Shown here: piece after piece, positions 31,323-41,366 of the stretch | Layout: the number at the start of each line of letters is the position of its first letter | How positions within the stretch are numbered: position 1 is the first letter of the stretch | NCBI GenBank assembly: GCA_047947115.1 | Contig: CP170459.1 | Coordinates: 5,568,001-5,632,000 of the forward strand | DNA from: Verrucomicrobiota bacterium | GTDB lineage: Bacteria; Verrucomicrobiota; Verrucomicrobiia; Limisphaerales; AAA164-E04 | Direction of reading: 5' to 3' | Length of the DNA: 64,000 nucleotides | Translations under genes and position numbers: made by a program | Notes under the pieces: model-generated | Seen by the model: the letters and a program-made list of their open reading frames with translations, nothing else | Database searches by the model: none | What the model was told of the DNA's origin: nothing

Positions 31323-32246
31323 TTATTTGATAGGAAAATGAATCATGGTGACAGTGTCTTCTTCTTTGGTCGTTGATGGATCACTTTCGTAAATCTCAAA
31401 AGCTGGGATTTTTTTGTTTTGCCGAAACACTTTGGCTTGGGCGCGCATCATTCCGGATGACCAGGCATTCCCCAAATGGTGATAGGGGCCGGTATGCTTC
31501 ACGCGAAAAACCGGGCAAGCAGTCAATTCGGCACTGACAAAGCCTTCCGGCAAGTTTTCAGGCACGGCTTTGACCGGATAACCGGTGGTGAATTCCGTGG
31601 TCCCTTTGGATAGGTGAAACCTATGATAGACCGCAAATGGATTCTCAGCGATTTCTAGATTGGAATCCTTGAACCATTGCACAAGCCTCTCAAAATCTGC
31701 TTTCATCTGATCGCCGATCTGTGTCATGGAGCATTGCGCCCGAATTCCCACGTACTGGAACCCTTCAAAATCTGCTTGCCCAGGATATTCCAATTTGGAA
31801 TGCACATTGCCGGTTTCGAGATAGTCCTTCAACATACGCAGGCCGCGGTCATAATCCATCCCGATCATGGCAATCATCATGCCCTTCATGAAAAAGAGAA
31901 ACGATGGCAAGGAACTGTCCATGGTCCAGGTGACCCGCACACCATCGCCTTCTGGCTGAAACAAAAAACTGAATGTCGCTTTTGATTTCCAGGGCTTGAG
32001 AAAGGTCAAACGGAAATGGATTGCTTCGGAAGGTTGTTCTTCGGCAATTTCCACACTACCACTTCCAATGATCTTTCCGTCCCACGCATAACTTTTACCG
32101 TTATCCGCATAGGTCATTTGGCAATCAGGTTCACAAATCACCCAGGGAGACCACCGATTCCATTGATGAAAATCGCGAATGGTTTCATAGGCTTTATCAG
32201 GAGAGACAGCTACGACGATCGATTTGTTTACAGCAATCTTTGGCAT
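31323..32246 (-). CDS. SRPBCC + GyrI-like small-molecule-binding protein
   Basis: WSPW...VTWTM..GL..LK SRPBCC domain; HTGPY..L..AW and FEIYESDP GyrI-like motifs. Confidence 0.8.
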   Translation of the reverse strand: MPKIAVNKSIVVAVSPDKAYETIRDFHQWNRWSPWVICEPDCQMTYADNGKSYAWDGKIIGSGSVEIAEEQPSEAIHFRLTFLKPWKSKATFSFLFQPEGDGVRVTWTMDSSLPSFLFFMKGMMIAMIGMDYDRGLRMLKDYLETGNVHSKLEYPGQADFEGFQYVGIRAQCSMTQIGDQMKADFERLVQWFKDSNLEIAENPFAVYHRFHLSKGTTEFTTGYPVKAVPENLPEGFVSAELTACPVFRVKHTGPYHHLGNAWSSGMMRAQAKVFRQNKKIPAFEIYESDPSTTKEEDTVTMIHFPIK

Positions 32247-32362
32247 AAGAACTTCCTTTTTCTTTACAGTTCATGATTTTTGATTGGGTCTCCTTTTGAC
32301 GGGAGATCTTACCAATGAATGTGGCTTTGAACAGACCTATTGTTGGAATAAGGAAATACGAG

Positions 32363-33696
32363 AAGCTTCTGGCCTTGGTAGGGATGAGCTGCCGCTCGTC
32401 CGTCGCTCAGCGTGGTGGTGTGCTTGAACCTTTATCACCCCCTCGCGTTATAGCTTGCGCCCGCGGCCCTGCGGCAGCAGGGCCCTACCGGAAGCATAGC
32501 TTCTGGCGTTGGTAGGGATGAGCTGCCGCTCGTCCGTCGCTCAGCGTGGGGGCTTACTCGAACCTTTATCATCCCCTCGGCGTTACAGCATGCGCCCGCG
32601 GCCCTGCGGCAGCAGGGCCCTACCGGAAGCAAAGCTTCTGGCCTTGGTAGGGATGAGCTGCAGCTCGTCCGTCGCTCGGCGTGGTGGTGTGGTTGAACCT
32701 TTATCACCCCCTCGCGTTACAGCACGCGCCTGCGGCCCTGCGGCAGCAGGGCCCTACCGGAAGCAAAGCTTCTGGCCTTGGTAGGGATGAGCTGCAGCTC
32801 GTCCGTCGCTCGGCGTGGTGGTGTGGTTGAACCTTTATCACCCCCTCGCGTTACAGCACGCGCCTGCGGCCCTGCGGCAGCAGGGCCCTACCGGAAGCAA
32901 AGCTTCTGGCCTTGGTAGGGATGAGCTGCAGCTCGTCCGTCGCTCGGCGTGGTGGTGTGGTTGAACCTTTATCACCCCCTCGCGTTACAGCACGCGCCTG
33001 CGGCCCTGCGGCAGCAGGGCCCTACCGGAAGCAAAGCTTCTGGCGTTGGTAGGGATGAGCTGCCGCTCGTCCGTCGCTCGGCGTGGTGGGGTGCTCGAAC
33101 ATTTATCATCCCCTCGCGTTATAGCTTGCGCCTGCGGCCCTGCGGCAGCAGGGCCCTACCGGAAGCAAAGCTTCTGGCGTTGGTAGGGATGAGCTGCCGC
33201 TCGTCCGTCGCTCGGCGTGGTGGTGTGCTCGAACATTTATCATCCCCTCGCGTTATAGCTTGCGCCTGCGGCCCTGCGGCAGCAGGGCCCTACCGGAAGC
33301 AAAGCTTCTGGCCTTGGTAGGGATGAGCTGCCGCTCGTCCGTCGCTCGGCGTGGTGGTGTGCTCGAACATTTATCATCCCCTCGCGTTATAGCTTGCGCC
33401 TGCGGCCCTGCGGCAGCAGGGCCCTACCGGAAGCAAAGCTTCTGGCGTTGGTAGGGATGAGCTGCCGCTCGTCCGTCGCTCGGCGTTGTGGTGTGCTCGA
33501 ACATTTATCATCCCCTCGCGTTATAGCTTGCGCCTGCGGCCCTGCGGCAGCAGGGCCCTACCGGAAGCAAAGCTTCTGGCCTTGGTAGGGATGAGCTGCC
33601 GCTCGTCCGTCGCTCGGCGCGGTGGTGTGCTCGAACATTTATCATCCCCTCGCGTTATAGCTCGCGCCCGCGGCCCTGCGGCAGCAGGGCCCTACC
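32363..33696. repeat. Tandem array of 10 x 134-bp units made of two inverted GTAG-type REP-like palindromes (BIME-like)
   Basis: ggtagggatgagc starts at 32377, 32511, 32646, 32780, 32914, 33048, 33182, 33316, 33450 and 33584; unit = REP-A 26 + spacer 61 + inverted REP-B 26 + linker 21. Confidence 0.93.
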
Positions 33697-33700
33697 GGTA

Positions 33701-34903
33701 TCAATGTCCTACGTATCGGACTCGATAAATCTTGTTCATGGTGTCGTCGGTAAACAAAATCGATCCGTCAGGGGCTTGTTCACAATCTGTGGGACGACCA
33801 AGAATTTCTGTTCCGTCCTTCAGGAAGCTGACGATTTTTTGTTCACCGAATGGATGACCAAATTCGAACAGAATGCGAGACAGGCTATAGCCTACTTTCT
33901 GGGTGGCGTTCCATCCTCCTTTGAACGCTACAAATGCATCACCATGTGCTCCGGGAATACCGTCTCCTTCGTAAAACATCATGCCGTTCCCGGAGCAATG
34001 GGCAGGCATGACCCATTCCGGTATAACAGTTTTGGACGCCATTTCAATCAGGTCCGGATGATCCAGAAAATTGAGATTCGGCATGTTTTTACCCAAAATG
34101 TAAGGGTGTCCGTAAAAGCCGCCTTTGACGTAATGATTCAATTCAGCAGGCGGGTTGTGGTCGGTGATGGGCTGTCCGAACTTTGGGTTCTTCAACTCCA
34201 GGTTCATCGCCATGCGGTCGATATCATGATCCACGCCCCAGACTTCATCCGTACCAGGACGGATGCAAAGCTCTTCGGTATTACGAATGCCGGTGGCGAA
34301 GAGTTCCTTGCCACTTCCGTCCAGATTGAAGGTCCAGATCTTTTTGCGATCATTCTCCATGATCGGCTCATCCGTGGCATTGTCTTGATCGCCAACATGG
34401 GTGTAGATCACATCTTTGTGGATCAACAAAGCGCGCCATTTATGGCCACCACCAGTGATGGGCAACTGATCTTCTCCAATGACTTCAATAACTTCGTCCG
34501 CTTTGCCGTCATGGTCTTTGTCCCGAGATTTATAGATTCCCGTCATGTCGGCAAACCAAAGCCAGCCTTCGTAAAACTGCATACCTTGAAGGATTTTCCC
34601 TTTTTCATAACCTTCGACATACGTCGTCAGGCTCTCATAAACGCCGTCACCGTCTTTGTCCCGGCAGCTCTGAATCATGCCGTTGTTGGGCACACTGACG
34701 TAAAGGGTTCCCCTATCATCAAACTCCAGAAAGCGTGGCTTTTTGATGGTACTTTCCGCAACCGTCAATTCATAGCCATCACGCACCCAAACTCCATCGG
34801 GAATTTCCTGTGCGCCGATAGAAGATGCGGCATAGATGGACATTACCATCAGGGAGCTGGCGAAAACGTTGCTTCGATTTGAAGGAAGATTCATACGGGC
34901 CAT
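33701..34903 (-). CDS. PQQ-dependent glucose/sorbosone dehydrogenase family beta-propeller
   Basis: PRFL, GGGHKWR, ATGIRN, ELN..GGFYGHPY, PAHCS, GGWN, GRPTD...DGS; start reassigned from 35125 to 34903 (or 34894). Confidence 0.8.
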   Translation of the reverse strand: MARMNLPSNRSNVFASSLMVMSIYAASSIGAQEIPDGVWVRDGYELTVAESTIKKPRFLEFDDRGTLYVSVPNNGMIQSCRDKDGDGVYESLTTYVEGYEKGKILQGMQFYEGWLWFADMTGIYKSRDKDHDGKADEVIEVIGEDQLPITGGGHKWRALLIHKDVIYTHVGDQDNATDEPIMENDRKKIWTFNLDGSGKELFATGIRNTEELCIRPGTDEVWGVDHDIDRMAMNLELKNPKFGQPITDHNPPAELNHYVKGGFYGHPYILGKNMPNLNFLDHPDLIEMASKTVIPEWVMPAHCSGNGMMFYEGDGIPGAHGDAFVAFKGGWNATQKVGYSLSRILFEFGHPFGEQKIVSFLKDGTEILGRPTDCEQAPDGSILFTDDTMNKIYRVRYVGH

Positions 34904-35020
34904 TGTAATAGCCTGAAAAATGAAATCAAGATCCAGAAACAGTCGAACGGACAATGATGTTGCGCATTGAGGCTGGCATGCCAAAATCAGGACAGATCGT
35001 TCAGGATAAGGAATCATCAG

Positions 35021-35230
35021 ATGAAATATACTGCCATCACCAGGAATATAGGATGGGCCTTTGCCAGCATATTCATGGTGGTTTCTCTGATTTTCCTGCC
35101 TCTGATATTGAGTGGCATTGAACACTTTTTACTTGGCTCCCACAAAGTGGAAGATGGCCTGAGAAGACTGGGCATCCACGATGATCTCGGCAAAATATAC
35201 GAGCCCATTCTGAAAGTATTCGGACTCTAG
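35021..35230 (+). CDS. Small (69 aa) membrane protein, hypothetical
   Basis: aaggaa RBS-like sequence upstream; one TM helix plus amphipathic tail; divergent from the dehydrogenase. Confidence 0.5.
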   Translation: MKYTAITRNIGWAFASIFMVVSLIFLPLILSGIEHFLLGSHKVEDGLRRLGIHDDLGKIYEPILKVFGL

Positions 35231-35597
35231 CGCCCTCTGACTTCCACTTCAAACCCCACGGGGTTGGCAATCAATTTCAGACTACAAGGAAATGAAGGCC
35301 CTCCGATCGCGTTATAATCCTACTAAAGAAAAACTTCGCGGCTCAGTGGCTTTGTGTGAGACTAAGCCCCCCCCCATAAGCAGCATCATTAAAAAATCTA
35401 CTTTCACGCATTAGACAACTTGCCGATTCTTTCTTTACTGATCACCACTTCATTCATAAAAAGGTGCATATCGGAGGGAGACCTTAAGGCGTGACAGGAA
35501 TGGTCTAAATATCATGTGAAATGTGTATTTTGTGAAATCCGTAAAGCCAATAGCACTTGCCCCATCCAAAAACTGGATGAATCTTCGAGGACGCCCT

Positions 35598-36026
35598 ATG
35601 ATCACTGACCAGATCATGCAAGATATAACATGCAATCTACTATTTGTTTATGGAACCCTGATGCGGGGAATGGGCAATCCCTTTTCCGAGCAATTGTCAG
35701 CAGCCTCTGATTTCCTTTGCCCGGCAACCGTACAAGGACGCTTATACGATGTCCGGGGAGAATACCCATGTGCCGTCGCCAGTTTGGATCCCAACGAGTT
35801 GATTTATGGCGAATTATATCGACTCAATGATCCAGCAACATTGTTCCAGGCATTGGACCCATATGAGGACTGCTACCCGGAGGATGGGTCCCGTTCCCTT
35901 TTTATTCGAATGATCACTCCCGTCACAACCAGGAGCAACGATAAAGTAAACGCCTGGATCTACTTCTGGAACAGTTCATTGAATGGGTTAACCCGTATCG
36001 CAAATGGAGATTACCGATGTCACTAA
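35598..36026 (+). CDS. Gamma-glutamylcyclotransferase (AIG2-like) family protein
   Basis: LFVYGTLMRG, GELY, LDPYE, AWIY, GDY. Confidence 0.85.
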   Translation: MITDQIMQDITCNLLFVYGTLMRGMGNPFSEQLSAASDFLCPATVQGRLYDVRGEYPCAVASLDPNELIYGELYRLNDPATLFQALDPYEDCYPEDGSRSLFIRMITPVTTRSNDKVNAWIYFWNSSLNGLTRIANGDYRCH

Positions 36027-36230
36027 CCCCATTGGAACATCGCAACCAAACAGCAAGGCAAGCGCAATAAAGGTGGAAGCGGATACAAGTCAAATTGCCG
36101 AGCCCCTCCTTGAATGTTGCCTCCTGATGATTCAATCTTTCACCCCATGTGGGCGGTTTCCGATAAACCGTTGATTTGCCTCGCATTCCAATCTATAAAA
36201 CCGGATCAAAGTTAATTGTTAGCAGAATTT

Positions 36231-37130
36231 ATGAGTATTTTAATTGTCGGCACCACAGCACTGGATTCCATCAAGACACCTCACAGCGAAAATCCCCGTC
36301 TTTTGGGAGGCTCTGCCAGTCACGCAGCCGTGGCGGCCAGCTTCTTTGCTCCCGTCAACCTGTTGGGAGTGGTCGGGGACGATTTCCCCGATGAATACAT
36401 CGATCTTTACAAGAAACACGGCATCGATCTGACCGGACTCGAAAAAGCCTCGGGCAACACCTTCCACTGGGAAGGTGAGTACGAAGTCAACATGAACAAT
36501 CGTCAGACACTGGAAACCGACCTGGGTGTCATCGAAGAATGGATGCCCACTCTGGGGGACGATCTGACGGACAAAGATTACGTATTATTGGCAAACTGCG
36601 CTCCCCAGCTTCAACACCACGTCCTGAAGCAAATGAAACAGCCCAAGTTCGTGGTCGCCGACACCATGGATCTTTGGCTGAACATCGCGCGCCACGAACT
36701 GGAAGCCCTGCTGAAAGAGGTCGACTGCCTCGTATTGAACGACAGTGAAGCACGTCAATTCATGGAAGAAGACAACGTGGTCGTAGCAGCCCAGCGTCTG
36801 CACAAGTTCGGCCCCAAATACGTGATTGTCAAAAAAGGAGAGCACGGCTCCATCCTGTCCGGCCCGAGCGGACTGTTCATCGCTCCGGCCTTTCCTTTGA
36901 ACAAGGTGATTGATCCGACCGGTGCCGGAGATTCGTTTGTGGGAGGATTGGTCGGTTATCTGGCCAGCCACGAAGGAGACATTGAAAAAAACCTGCGTCA
37001 GGCCATTATCCACGGCAGCGTCACCGCATCCTTCTGTTGTGAAGGATTCGGACTGGCCGCCACCACCGAAGCCACCCGCGAACAGATCGATCAACGCATT
37101 GAACAACTAAAAGAGATGATCGCGTTTTAA
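36231..37130 (+). CDS. PfkB family carbohydrate/nucleoside kinase
   Basis: LGGSA, GVVGDDF, VKKGEHG, DPTGAGDSFVGG. Confidence 0.9.
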   Translation: MSILIVGTTALDSIKTPHSENPRLLGGSASHAAVAASFFAPVNLLGVVGDDFPDEYIDLYKKHGIDLTGLEKASGNTFHWEGEYEVNMNNRQTLETDLGVIEEWMPTLGDDLTDKDYVLLANCAPQLQHHVLKQMKQPKFVVADTMDLWLNIARHELEALLKEVDCLVLNDSEARQFMEEDNVVVAAQRLHKFGPKYVIVKKGEHGSILSGPSGLFIAPAFPLNKVIDPTGAGDSFVGGLVGYLASHEGDIEKNLRQAIIHGSVTASFCCEGFGLAATTEATREQIDQRIEQLKEMIAF

Positions 37131-37152
37131 CATCGATGAATCGACATCCAAT

Positions 37153-37326
37153 ATGAAACCAAAAGGCAACGGACTCGTTGAACTTCTGAAAGAGTTTGGT
37201 CAGTTCCTGAAGCAGGAAAAGAAGTGGTGGCTGTGGCCACTGGTGATCATCCTCCTGTTGTTGGGCGCCTTGATCGTTTTTGCTTCCAGCAGTGCGCTGG
37301 CTCCGTTCATGTATCCGTTTATGTGA
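37153..37326 (+). CDS. DUF5989/SxtK-like small membrane protein (57 aa; absent from the ORF track)
   Basis: Manual translation MKPKGNGLVELLKEFGQFLKQEKKWWLWPLVIILLLLGALIVFASSSALAPFMYPFM; KKWWL.P and APF.Y signature. Confidence 0.8.
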   Translation: MKPKGNGLVELLKEFGQFLKQEKKWWLWPLVIILLLLGALIVFASSSALAPFMYPFM

Positions 37327-37354
37327 TGTCGCGCTCCATGACCAATTTGGCCTC

Positions 37355-39184
37355 ATGAAATACATCCTTGGCATTTCGGCGTTCTATCACGATGCGGCAG
37401 CCGCTTTGCTGAAGGATGGGGTCATCATCGCCGCAGCCCAGGAAGAAAGGTTTACTCGCCGCAAAAACGATGAATCGTTTCCTGAAAACGCCATTAAGTA
37501 TTGTCTGCAGGAAGCTGCGATCAAAACAGAAGACATCGATGCCGTCGCCTTTTACGACAAACCCATCACCAAGTTTGCTCGCATGCTGGAAACCTACCTG
37601 GCAGTGGCGCCCGGAGGTTGGAGCACCTTCCCGCGCGTTTTGCCAAACTGGTTGTCAGAAAAACTGAATCTGAAATCCACACTTCGGGACGCGTTGCCGG
37701 ATTTCCCGGAAGATCGCCCCATCCTGTTCACCCAACACCATGAATCCCATGCCGCCTCGGCATTTTACCCATCACCCTTTGACGAAGCTGCCATCCTGAC
37801 AGTCGACGGTGTCGGGGAATGGGCCACCACCACCATGGCCCACGGCAAGGGACACGAGATCGAGGTGTTGAAGGAGATCCGTTTCCCTCATTCGCTGGGG
37901 CTGCTCTATTCGGCATTTACCGCTTACTGCGGATTTCGGGTGAATTCCGGTGAATACAAACTCATGGGCCTGGCCCCCTACGGGGAACCCAGGTTCGTCC
38001 AGCAAATTTACAACGAACTGATCGATGTCAAACCGGACGGTTCGTTCTGGTTGAACATGGAGTATTTTGATTTCCTGCGATCCAACCGAATGAGCAACGA
38101 TCGATTTCATCATCTGTTCGGAGGCCCACCCCGCCAAGCTGAGACGGAAATGCAACCTCGGTTCATGGATGTCGCCCGTTCCATCCAGCAGGTAACCGAA
38201 GACATCATGCTCAAATTGGCTCATCACACTCGGGAAGTGACCGGTCAGCGCAATCTCTGCCTGGCGGGCGGCGTGGCGCTGAACTGTGTGGCCAATGGAA
38301 AAATCCTTCAAAAGGAATGGTTCGACCGTCTATGGATTCAACCCGCGGCGGGTGATGCAGGAGGGGCTTTGGGTGCGGCATTATCCGTATGGGCAGCACA
38401 CCAGAACGAGAATCAAGTTCCAGCCGCCCCTAAAAATGGCGAGGACCTCATGATGGGATCCGTGTTGGGCCCTGCGTTTGATACGCCAACCATCCGTCGA
38501 TGCCTCGATTCGCATCAAGCGGTTTATCACACATTTGAAGGTAGAACACAGCTCAACCAACAAACGGCCGAATGGCTGGCCAATGAAAAAGTGGTCGGAT
38601 GGATGCAGGGACGTATGGAATTCGGGCCACGCGCTCTGGGCAATCGATCCATACTAGGAGACGCACGCTCACCCAAAATGCAGAGCCTGATCAATCGAAA
38701 AATCAAGTTCCGCGAATCCTTCCGCCCCTTTGCCCCCATTGTTCTGAAGGAAAAAGCAGGAGAATTTTTCGACCTGAAAGGACATGACTCTCCTTATATG
38801 CTGCTCGTTGCCGACCTCTTGGAAAACCGGCGCAAAAAGGTTTCGCAGAATCTGATGGGATTGGAACGATTACATGCCGAACGTTCCGATCTTCCCGCGA
38901 TCACTCATGTGGACCATTCTGCCCGAATCCAAACCGTCGAGGAAACCCGCAATCCCGAATTATACCGCTTGCTCAAAGCATTTGAGTCTCTGACAAGCTG
39001 TCCCGTGTTGATCAACACCTCATTCAACGTACGTGGCGAACCCATCGTGTGCTCCCCGAACGACGCTTTTCGCTGTTTCATGAACACGGAAATGGATTAT
39101 CTGGTGATCGGAAATTTCTGGATGTCCAAAGCCGAACAAAAACAGAATCGCCCCAAACAACAATTCATCCCTGTTCCCGATTGA
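37355..39184 (+). CDS. Carbamoyltransferase (NodU/CmcH/SxtI family)
   Basis: ILGISAFYHDAAA, QEERFTR, HHESHAASA, DGVGE, GEYKLMGLAPYG, GGVALN, EFGPRALGNRS, KFRESFRPFAP, NTSFN. Confidence 0.93.
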   Translation: MKYILGISAFYHDAAAALLKDGVIIAAAQEERFTRRKNDESFPENAIKYCLQEAAIKTEDIDAVAFYDKPITKFARMLETYLAVAPGGWSTFPRVLPNWLSEKLNLKSTLRDALPDFPEDRPILFTQHHESHAASAFYPSPFDEAAILTVDGVGEWATTTMAHGKGHEIEVLKEIRFPHSLGLLYSAFTAYCGFRVNSGEYKLMGLAPYGEPRFVQQIYNELIDVKPDGSFWLNMEYFDFLRSNRMSNDRFHHLFGGPPRQAETEMQPRFMDVARSIQQVTEDIMLKLAHHTREVTGQRNLCLAGGVALNCVANGKILQKEWFDRLWIQPAAGDAGGALGAALSVWAAHQNENQVPAAPKNGEDLMMGSVLGPAFDTPTIRRCLDSHQAVYHTFEGRTQLNQQTAEWLANEKVVGWMQGRMEFGPRALGNRSILGDARSPKMQSLINRKIKFRESFRPFAPIVLKEKAGEFFDLKGHDSPYMLLVADLLENRRKKVSQNLMGLERLHAERSDLPAITHVDHSARIQTVEETRNPELYRLLKAFESLTSCPVLINTSFNVRGEPIVCSPNDAFRCFMNTEMDYLVIGNFWMSKAEQKQNRPKQQFIPVPD

Positions 39185-39188
39185 TTTC

Positions 39189-39587
39189 ATGAAACTACAA
39201 CTCAAGGAAAACCCCATCGAATGGCTCAAATTCACCGTGGTGATCGGATCCATGATCGGATTGGTCTGGACCTTGGGCGCCTACAAAGGGTGGCATGTGC
39301 AATCGTGGTGGTGGGGTTGGATTCCGGGTTTGGCCGGCACGGCATGCTGCGCAGCTTTCCCCAAATATTTCAGGGGATTTTACCGAACCGGCACAACCTT
39401 CTTTTTCCATGTCGGCCAAGTCATGGGCAAAGTAATGTTGACTGCGTTTTTCGTATTGATTGTCACCCCCTTGGGGCTCGCCTTGCGGGCAACCGGCAAG
39501 GACTTGCTCAAACTCAAAAAAAATCCCAATACGGACACATACTGGCGCTCCCCCGGAAAAACGGGTGGTCACGACAAGATGTTTTGA
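39189..39587 (+). CDS. SxtJ-family membrane protein
   Basis: Hydrophobic; FF...TPLG...R..GKD.L, YW and terminal MF; follows the carbamoyltransferase. Confidence 0.75.
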   Translation: MKLQLKENPIEWLKFTVVIGSMIGLVWTLGAYKGWHVQSWWWGWIPGLAGTACCAAFPKYFRGFYRTGTTFFFHVGQVMGKVMLTAFFVLIVTPLGLALRATGKDLLKLKKNPNTDTYWRSPGKTGGHDKMF

Positions 39588-39612
39588 CCTTCAGACAACC
39601 CTGATCACCCCA

Positions 39613-40761
39613 TCAAAACACCTTGGACAACTTTACCACTTTGACGTTTTGTTTCCAAGGATTCGGATCCTTGCGATCCTGATCAGGTATGGCCAACAAA
39701 CAAGAACCATCATCCAGCACCATCAAACGATGATCTGCCGGTGCTGCAAAGGATCCTGCTGACTGCACCACAAAAGGTTCCCCTCGGGAGGGAACCGCAA
39801 GAATATCCCCGGAAAACCTTGAAGTAATAATGGTTCCCGAGGGGGTAAAGGCAATGCCATCTGCCGTGCCAACATCCGATTTCAAAGGCAAAGGCAAAGT
39901 TGTGCGGGGAAAGGTTTCCTCAGGAATGACATAGATGGCGGTCCCTTCCGGCGACTGCCCTCCCATGGTCACGATACATATGGCTTGTTTATCCGCCCAG
40001 TATCCAACACCGTTCGGGACGCCTGGAACAGGCGTGAAGCTCACCTGACCAAACACCTCGTCCGCCTTGGTTTTATCCTGGCGGGTCAAGGCATCAATTG
40101 CACCGTGTTCAATGCGAATCAGCCCGGGATGTCCGCCCGTTTTAGGTTTCAACCGGTCGCCACCCTTGGCGGTATCTGTGACATAAAGATTTCCGGCTGC
40201 ATCGAAAGCAATACTGTTTGGCAGCAACGTGATGTGTCCCAGAATCTGCGCCACTTTGGATCCCTCACCCAAAGCCAGTTCACCAAGTTGCCGCCCGTTT
40301 TTCGGATCGAAAAACCGAACACCTGTTCTCTGACTTCCTAGACCGGTGATGGGCCTGCCATTCGCATGGACCTGCAAAGCAATCCCATGATTCACCATCA
40401 AGGTTCCTTTTGGAAAAAGATCGGTAGCCTTCGGGAGAACGGCAATTCCGACATTCCCACTCAAACCCTCAATGAAACGTAAATCATCCACAGAAACATG
40501 CCCCGATGCATCGACAGATAATTTGCTGATCGCCCCATTTCCTCTGACAAAACCGACAAAATCCAGGTCCGGACCGAACACATCCGAACCGCAGTTGGAA
40601 ACGAACAGGTTTTTCCCGTCCAAACTGAATGCAACGCTTTCAGGCCGGTGAAATAAGGATAATATCTGGATATCCCCGGACTGAGCGACGCAAGAAAATG
40701 CCTGCATGCAACCAGTCGCTATGAGGGATGCCAGTATTCGTCGGAGCTTGAAAATTTTCAT
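39613..40761 (-). CDS. Secreted beta-propeller protein (SMP-30/gluconolactonase-like), function unknown
   Basis: Signal peptide; PESV, PNSIAFD..GNLYVTD, PNGV, ADGI. Confidence 0.6.
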   Translation of the reverse strand: MKIFKLRRILASLIATGCMQAFSCVAQSGDIQILSLFHRPESVAFSLDGKNLFVSNCGSDVFGPDLDFVGFVRGNGAISKLSVDASGHVSVDDLRFIEGLSGNVGIAVLPKATDLFPKGTLMVNHGIALQVHANGRPITGLGSQRTGVRFFDPKNGRQLGELALGEGSKVAQILGHITLLPNSIAFDAAGNLYVTDTAKGGDRLKPKTGGHPGLIRIEHGAIDALTRQDKTKADEVFGQVSFTPVPGVPNGVGYWADKQAICIVTMGGQSPEGTAIYVIPEETFPRTTLPLPLKSDVGTADGIAFTPSGTIITSRFSGDILAVPSRGEPFVVQSAGSFAAPADHRLMVLDDGSCLLAIPDQDRKDPNPWKQNVKVVKLSKVF

Positions 40762-40976
40762 GATGAGTGAACAAAAGCAAATGTTTAAGCATTGGTAAAA
40801 CGAAAAAGAAGCGATCTTGATTGTATCCTTCCAATCCGGTTTATAGAAAAAAAGCCGACCACAGCCAGCCGCATGCGACAAGCAACTCTTGAAAATCTGC
40901 TTTATTCCCCGGACAATGCCCTGTGTGATTATTTCTGGATTAATAAACCGTTGATTTTTTCATGCAAGAAGCAACC

Positions 40977-41360
40977 ATGACGCAATCCGATTACAAAGAA
41001 ACCCTATACGCACGCATAGGAGGTTACGAAGGCCTTCGGAAACTGCTGACACATTTTTACGCAGATGTGCGGCAGCACGCGGTGATCGGCCCTATTTTCC
41101 AGGCTCGCATTCAGGACTGGCCGGCTCATATCGAGAAGATTGCCGGATTTTGGTCCGGATTAACAGGTGGCCCTGCCTTATATGGCGGTGGACTAATGGC
41201 AAAACACATGCCTCTGGGACTCGCGGAAGAACATTTCGGTCACTGGTTGACTTTGTGGGCGTTCCACTGCGACAGGCAACTGAAATCAAAGGATGCCGAT
41301 ATGCTCAAGGCCCTGGCACACCAAATCGGAGGGCGATTAAAACACCACATTGTGAATTGA
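40977..41360 (+). CDS. Group III truncated hemoglobin
   Basis: LY.RIGG, FYADVR...IGPIF, W..H..KI..FW, KH..L, HF..WL.L. Confidence 0.85.
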   Translation: MTQSDYKETLYARIGGYEGLRKLLTHFYADVRQHAVIGPIFQARIQDWPAHIEKIAGFWSGLTGGPALYGGGLMAKHMPLGLAEEHFGHWLTLWAFHCDRQLKSKDADMLKALAHQIGGRLKHHIVN

Positions 41361-41366
41361 ACTACT

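Noticed and set aside
32363..33696. CRISPR array
   Set aside because: The whole 134-bp unit repeats, there are no unique spacers, and no cas genes are in the window
32315..33728. ORFs within the tandem array
   Set aside because: The unit length is not a multiple of 3, so the same peptides recur in shifting frames; these are by-products of the repeat
37153..39587. Saxitoxin biosynthesis cluster
   Set aside because: No sxtA, sxtG or other core genes; the I/J/K-like trio is widespread on its own
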